DNA of 64,000 bases from Thermococcus sp. JdFR-02. Its GTDB lineage: Archaea > Methanobacteriota_B > Thermococci > Thermococcales > Thermococcaceae. A program made the translations under genes and the position numbers. Position 1 is the stretch's first letter, and each line of letters begins with the position of its first letter. The notes beneath the pieces are model-generated. The model saw only the letters and a program-made list of their open reading frames with translations. It was not told where the DNA came from and did no database searches. The stretch lies in contig MTLP01000028.1 in assembly GCA_002009975.1 (NCBI GenBank), positions 1 to 64,000 on the forward strand, in the 5' to 3' direction. Positions 57,926 to 64,000 of this stretch are shown here, piece after piece.

Positions 57926-58891
57926 TTAAAACTCAGCCTCTGCTAAAAGTTCGAGTAAATTAAGCAATCTCCTATTTTCTACACTAGATATGGCTTCTCT
58001 AACCTCATCCTCTTTGATTTTACCATCCTTAAAGAGTGCAACAGCTTTAACACCTTCAAAGAACTGCTTCATTTCAGGGTCCTCTGAAACCCTTATGAAC
58101 ATATCCATGCTATTGTATATTGTTTCAAATTCATCTTCAATCATCAGTTGCCATATAACATCTATCAGCGCTTCAAAAACGATATCTAAATATTCTCCCC
58201 TCTTTCCTTCAATCATTGCATATAAACATTCTTGCAAAGCTGCTTCATAGTTATCCTTATCTTCAAAAATTTCCTCAATAACTAGGTGAGCTTGAGATTT
58301 TATCGTTGGTTTGTCAATAAGTTTTGGTAATAGTTCAGCTATTTCTGCTTTTGCTTCGCTTATTTCACCCTTCTCAAACTTCAAATAAGCAATGTATACA
58401 AGCGTATGGAGGTAATCTTCCTCCCTTTCAAGCTCTTCAAATATTTCAGCAGCCTTTCCCATAAGGTCTATTGCCTTGTCATATTCTGTAAATTCCTCAT
58501 GGATTAAACCCATGTTGTAGTATATCTTTGCTATGTTCTCTTTGTTGCCCTTTTCGGTTTCCTCTTCAAGAATTTGAAGGTATAAATCAAGGGCTTTTTC
58601 AAGCTCTCCAATTAGAGCATATAAATCTGCAAGATGGAACTTTGCATCAAATGTGTCTTCTTTCTTAACAAAGGCTTCAAATTCTCCTATTCTATCTTCC
58701 TCCAAAAATTCCAGATAGAAGTAGACAACCAGTTTGTAAAGCTCAAAATGTTTGCATTCAACGGCTAATTTTTCTGCCTTTTTCAAGATTTCACTAAGTT
58801 GTTCTCCCTCAAGTTCATCTGCTTTGTAATACAAAAGCTCAACCAACTTATCGCAGTCTTTCGTTTCTATTGCCTTTAAAATCTCTTCCAT
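57926..58891 (-). CDS. Tetratricopeptide repeat protein
   Basis: LADLY..IGE.EKAL..Y; YYNMGLIH....EYDKA. Confidence 0.82.
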   Translation of the reverse strand: MEEILKAIETKDCDKLVELLYYKADELEGEQLSEILKKAEKLAVECKHFELYKLVVYFYLEFLEEDRIGEFEAFVKKEDTFDAKFHLADLYALIGELEKALDLYLQILEEETEKGNKENIAKIYYNMGLIHEEFTEYDKAIDLMGKAAEIFEELEREEDYLHTLVYIAYLKFEKGEISEAKAEIAELLPKLIDKPTIKSQAHLVIEEIFEDKDNYEAALQECLYAMIEGKRGEYLDIVFEALIDVIWQLMIEDEFETIYNSMDMFIRVSEDPEMKQFFEGVKAVALFKDGKIKEDEVREAISSVENRRLLNLLELLAEAEF

Positions 58892-58981
58892 ATTTATCCC
58901 CAAATTATCATTTGGAAGTTGAGATATTTAACTTTTGGGAGAGCGATAGCCTTTTTATCTTAACCTTCCTAATCCTTAATC

Positions 58982-59878
58982 ATGCTAGAAATAGTTTTCC
59001 TTGGTACTGGTGGGATAATGCCAACTGAAGAGAGAAACGTTATTAGCATAGCTTTGAGATATGAGGGAGAGATTATTTTGTTTGATGTTGGTGAAGGGAC
59101 TTTAAGGCAGATGAAAATTGCTAAAATAAGCCCAATGAAAATTGAAAAGATTTTTATCACGCATTTTCACGGTGATCATTACCTTGGCTTAATGAGTTTA
59201 ATCCAGACGATGACTCTCTGGAATAGGGAAAAGCCTTTGCACATTTACGGACCAAAGTACACATACACTTTTATCCAAAATTATTTACAAAGCGGCTTTT
59301 TTAGACCTTCATTCCAAATTTATGTGCACGAACTTGGTGAAAAAAGGATGGATTTTGATAAATACGAAATTTGGAGCTTTAAAGTTGAGCATGGGGTTCC
59401 AGCCTTAGGTTATGTGTTTAAGGAAAAAGATAAAAGAGGAGCCTTTGATTTGGGGAAAATAGCAGAACTTGGCTTAAAACCAGGTCCTTGGATGAAAGAA
59501 CTCGAAATTAAAGGAAAAATAACCATAAATGGAAAAGCTGTTTATTTAGAAGATGTTACAAAGGGAAAGCAGAAGGGAGTTAAAGTTGTTTATAGCGGAG
59601 ATACTGAACCGTGCGAAAGGATAAAGTTATTTTCAGAGAAGGCGGACATTTTGATACATGAAGCAACTTATCTAAGTGGAGAGGATAAAAATGAAAGCTA
59701 TCACTCCACTGTGAGTGAAGCTTGTGAAGTTGCAAAAAGTTCAAAGGTTAAGCTCTTGGCTTTGGTTCATAGGGCACCAAGGTATAAATATAAGGAGTAT
59801 TTAGAAAAAGCAAGAGAGCTTTGCAGTGTTCCTTTCATAGTTCCAAAGGACTTTGATAGGCTAACTTTTAATCGGTGA
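58982..59878 (+). CDS. rnz: Ribonuclease Z
   Basis: FLGTGG..P..RN, FDVGEG, THFHGDH, GLKPGP, YSGDT, HEAT, HST. Confidence 0.95.
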   Translation: MLEIVFLGTGGIMPTEERNVISIALRYEGEIILFDVGEGTLRQMKIAKISPMKIEKIFITHFHGDHYLGLMSLIQTMTLWNREKPLHIYGPKYTYTFIQNYLQSGFFRPSFQIYVHELGEKRMDFDKYEIWSFKVEHGVPALGYVFKEKDKRGAFDLGKIAELGLKPGPWMKELEIKGKITINGKAVYLEDVTKGKQKGVKVVYSGDTEPCERIKLFSEKADILIHEATYLSGEDKNESYHSTVSEACEVAKSSKVKLLALVHRAPRYKYKEYLEKARELCSVPFIVPKDFDRLTFNR

Positions 59879-59883
59879 GAAGT

Positions 59884-60558
59884 ATGAGCTACTTACGCTA
59901 CGTTAAAGTTGTTGGAACAATGCACGTTTCACCTCAAAGTAGAGAGAATGTGATGAAGGCTATTTTAAACGAAAAGCCCAATGCTATAGCTGTTGAACTT
60001 GATAATAGGAGATTTATTTCTCTTCAAATGCCAAAAAAAGAGCTTAAACTCGGGGATGCATTAAAATTTGGGAGGAGAGGAATAGTCCAATACATTTTGA
60101 CAAAAGTTGAGGAAAAGCTGGGAGAAGAATTTGGAATGATGCCAGGGGGAGAAATGAAGGCAGCTATAGAGCTTGCCCAAACCTTTAGAATCCCTCTCTT
60201 TCTCATTGATGAGGACATAAACTTAATTACTATGAAAATCTTGAAAGCGCCATTTAGAGAGAAATTTTTCCTGTTTTTGGAGAGTTTAACTGTGTTTTTG
60301 CCTATTTTGCCCTCAAGGGAAGTTAGGGAGAGTGATATCCTAAGAGAATTTAAGGACATGATGATTCAGTTTAAGCGCCGCTATCCTTACCTTTTCCATA
60401 TTTTAGTTGAGGAGAGAAATGAGATAATGGCAAAAAACCTTAAAGCTATTGTTGATGAATTAAAGCGTAGAGGTGTTAAAAAACCGAGAGTATTAGCAGT
60501 GGTTGGTTTGGGGCATGTTAAAGGAATTGAGAGGGTTTTGAACTCTTACGGTGATTAG
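59884..60558 (+). CDS. TraB/PrgY family protein
   Basis: VGTMHVS, AVELD..R, PG.EM, ERN..MA, AVVG.GH..GI. Confidence 0.88.
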   Translation: MSYLRYVKVVGTMHVSPQSRENVMKAILNEKPNAIAVELDNRRFISLQMPKKELKLGDALKFGRRGIVQYILTKVEEKLGEEFGMMPGGEMKAAIELAQTFRIPLFLIDEDINLITMKILKAPFREKFFLFLESLTVFLPILPSREVRESDILREFKDMMIQFKRRYPYLFHILVEERNEIMAKNLKAIVDELKRRGVKKPRVLAVVGLGHVKGIERVLNSYGD

Positions 60559-60560
60559 CT

Positions 60561-60740
60561 ATGATTCAAAGATTAAGGCAAATGTTAAAAGTTGAGATAC
60601 TTGAGGTGGAATATGAGGGGGATAAGATTATCGTTTACGTTCCGAGAGATCAGGTGCGGATTGCAGTTGGAAGTGGAGGTTCGGCAGTAAAAGCTGCAGA
60701 ACTTGTTTTGGGTAAGAAAATAGAAATTAGGGGGAGATAA
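60561..60740 (+). CDS. Small single KH-domain protein, 59 aa (absent from the ORF track)
   Basis: Hand translation MIQRLRQMLKVEILEVEYEGDKIIVYVPRDQVRIAVGSGGSAVKAAELVLGKKIEIRGR; GxxG loop; GGTGA RBS; fills the gap exactly. Confidence 0.85.
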   Translation: MIQRLRQMLKVEILEVEYEGDKIIVYVPRDQVRIAVGSGGSAVKAAELVLGKKIEIRGR

Positions 60741-60741
60741 A

Positions 60742-61320
60742 ATGAGATTAAATAAGCAAGAGCTTGAAGATTTAGCAATTTCATATTTTGTTTTACTACT
60801 CCTGTTTTCAAACTTTAATATTAAAGTTGTTCCATACGTTGCCTTAGCAGTTCTAACTGCCTTTGTTTTTCATGAATTAGCCCATAGGCAAGTGGCTAAG
60901 AAATACGGCTATGTTGCATTTTACAAACGTTGGGACACTGGAATAATGATTGCCTTGCTCCTTGGTATATTAGGAAAAGCAGTTTTTGGTAAAGCAATTG
61001 TTTTTGCAGCCCTCGGAGCAGTCTATATTTATGCTCCCTACCAATATTGGGAGGATAAAGAAGCTGAAGGAAGAATAAGTTTTTCAGGACCTTTAACAAA
61101 CATTGTAATTGGAATAGTTGCTGTGCTAATTCTAAAAACTATGAGCTTGCCTTTGGTGGCTACGTTTGCTCTATATTACACAGCGGCAGTTAACTTCTGG
61201 TTAGCGTTTTTCAACCTATTGCCAATCCCACCCTTGGATGGATATAAAGTGCTTAGGTGGAACACCGCATATTGGGCACTTGGGGTTGGATTTTCATATC
61301 TAATGTATTCTCTCCTTTAA
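60742..61320 (+). CDS. Site-2 protease (M50) family zinc metalloprotease
   Basis: HELAH, GPLTN, FNLLPIPPLDG. Confidence 0.92.
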   Translation: MRLNKQELEDLAISYFVLLLLFSNFNIKVVPYVALAVLTAFVFHELAHRQVAKKYGYVAFYKRWDTGIMIALLLGILGKAVFGKAIVFAALGAVYIYAPYQYWEDKEAEGRISFSGPLTNIVIGIVAVLILKTMSLPLVATFALYYTAAVNFWLAFFNLLPIPPLDGYKVLRWNTAYWALGVGFSYLMYSLL

Positions 61321-61327
61321 TTTGTTT

Positions 61328-61344
61328 TTTCACTCTTAGTGATA
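61328..61344 (+). promoter_or_regulatory. TGM operator upstream of pgi
   Basis: TTTCAC-TCTTA-GTGATA, 11 of 12 consensus positions matched. Confidence 0.75.
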
Positions 61345-61400
61345 CAATATAGAAAGAGTTTTAACCACTAAAATGATATCCTATGTTGGAGGGAGTTAAT

Positions 61401-61970
61401 GTGGAGTACAAGGAACCTTTTGGAGTTAAACTCGACTTTGATAGTGGCATCATTGAGAAAGCTAAGAAAATCGTTAGAAGACTAAGCGATATGAAAGGCT
61501 ATTATGTCAACGAGGAAGCATACGAAGAGCTTTTAAAGGAGAATCCAGTGATTTACGAAGTTTATGCAATTGAGCAGGAGGAAAAGGAAGGCGACTTAAA
61601 CTTTGCGACAACTGTGTTACATCCGGGTAAAGTTGGCAATGAGTTCTTTATGACCAAAGGTCATTATCACGCGAAATTGGACAGGGCAGAAATTTATGTA
61701 GGGCTTAAAGGGAAGGGTGGAATGCTTTTACAGACACCAGAAGGGGAAGCAAGATGGATTGAAATGGAAGAAGGAACAATCGTTTATGTTCCACCATACT
61801 GGGCACATAGGACAATAAATATTGGGAAGGAACCATTTATATTCCTAGCTATTTATCCAGCAGATGCTGGTCACGACTATGGAACAATAGCAGAGAAAGG
61901 CTTTTCAAAGATTGTGGTGGAAGAAGAAAATAGAATCGTCGTGAAAGACAATCCAAAATGGAAGGATTGA
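61401..61970 (+). CDS. pgiA: Cupin-type glucose-6-phosphate isomerase
   Basis: YKEPFGVK, GDLNFATT, TKGHYH, AEIY, VPPYWAHRT, AGHDYG; GTG start after GGAGGG. Confidence 0.95.
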   Translation: MEYKEPFGVKLDFDSGIIEKAKKIVRRLSDMKGYYVNEEAYEELLKENPVIYEVYAIEQEEKEGDLNFATTVLHPGKVGNEFFMTKGHYHAKLDRAEIYVGLKGKGGMLLQTPEGEARWIEMEEGTIVYVPPYWAHRTINIGKEPFIFLAIYPADAGHDYGTIAEKGFSKIVVEEENRIVVKDNPKWKD

Positions 61971-62020
61971 ATTTTCTTTGATTTTATTTAATAATCTTCG
62001 TTTAATTTAAATCTTTCTAG

Positions 62021-63433
<1,413 letters not shown>

Positions 63434-63567
63434 CTCTTTTTTAATTTATTTTTAATATGGATAAATTTTATATACGTCAATTGCCTAAAATACTATTGGT
63501 CAATTTTATGCCCCCTTGGTGGCTTAGCTGAGTTGAATAAAATTCTAATTCATTTGGAGGTGATGTT

Positions 63568-64000
63568 ATGCTTTTAGAGGCTCCTGTTTATAAAGAACTC
63601 TTTGGAGCGGTTGAAATATATGAGGTTCAAAAGGTGATAAAGCTTGATACAGAAACTGAAGATATTCACAGTTTCACAGTTAAGAATTTGCCCAGGGGTG
63701 ATATATATAAAACCCTTGGAGAGATGGCGATTGTTGTTCCAATGAAAAATGAGAAGCTACAGCTTGTTGATGGTGTTTTAAAAGCAATCCCTCATAAATG
63801 TCCAATCATAATTGTTTCAAGCAGCAAAAGAGAGGGTCCAAACTTGTTTAAACAAGAAGTCGACTTAGTGAAGCACTTTTACAACTTAACGCACTCAAAG
63901 ATAATTATGATTCATCAAAAGGATATTGGATTAGCAAAAGCCTTCAAAGAAGTAGGTTACACGGATATTTTAGATAGTAGTGGTAACATTAGAAGTGGAA
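63568..64000 (+). CDS. mpgS: Mannosyl-3-phosphoglycerate synthase, truncated by the window edge
   Basis: GGAGGTGA RBS; [15 protein letters not shown]..., [31 protein letters not shown]; frame open to the end. Confidence 0.9.
   Translation, partial: MLLEAPVYKELFGAVEIYEVQKVIKLDTETEDIHSFTVKNLPRGDIYKTLGEMAIVVPMKNEKLQLVDGVLKAIPHKCPIIIVSSSKREGPNLFKQEVDLVKHFYNLTHSKIIMIHQKDIGLAKAFKEVGYTDILDSSGNIRSG

Overview
Gene-dense, AT-rich archaeal chromosome segment from a Thermococcales species. The ADP-glucokinase closely resembles T. litoralis GlkA as I recall it; taxonomy is an inference. Most of the window is core and metabolic genes: a WOR5-type tungsten oxidoreductase pair, GH57 amylase and branching enzyme, PII, RqcH, Alba, proteasome beta, aCPSF1/FttA, a partial cobalamin-salvage cluster, rpiA, two MATE pumps, ppsA, apgM, a 1985-aa S8 protease, SPFH/NfeD, NMD3, CoA-disulfide reductase, rnz, pgi, glkA and a truncated mpgS. 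Non-coding features are tRNA-Leu(CAA), a Pab91-like H/ACA guide RNA, a cas-less CRISPR array (9 repeats plus 1 degenerate, with leader) and two TGM operators. No mobile element was seen. The best candidates for new biology are (1) a KaiC-ATPase/small protein/GH57 amylase unit converging on a short-T-loop PII and glycogen branching enzyme, (2) an NMP-kinase-like/NDT-hydrolase fusion, (3) a threonine-synthase-like protein lacking its PLP lysine and fused to a wHTH, and (4) an STT3-like transferase with a QW-repeat barrel, divergent from a Wzy-like gene. All family calls come from motif recognition, not database searches. Many start coordinates were moved downstream of the ORF track using RBS position and recalled homolog N-termini.
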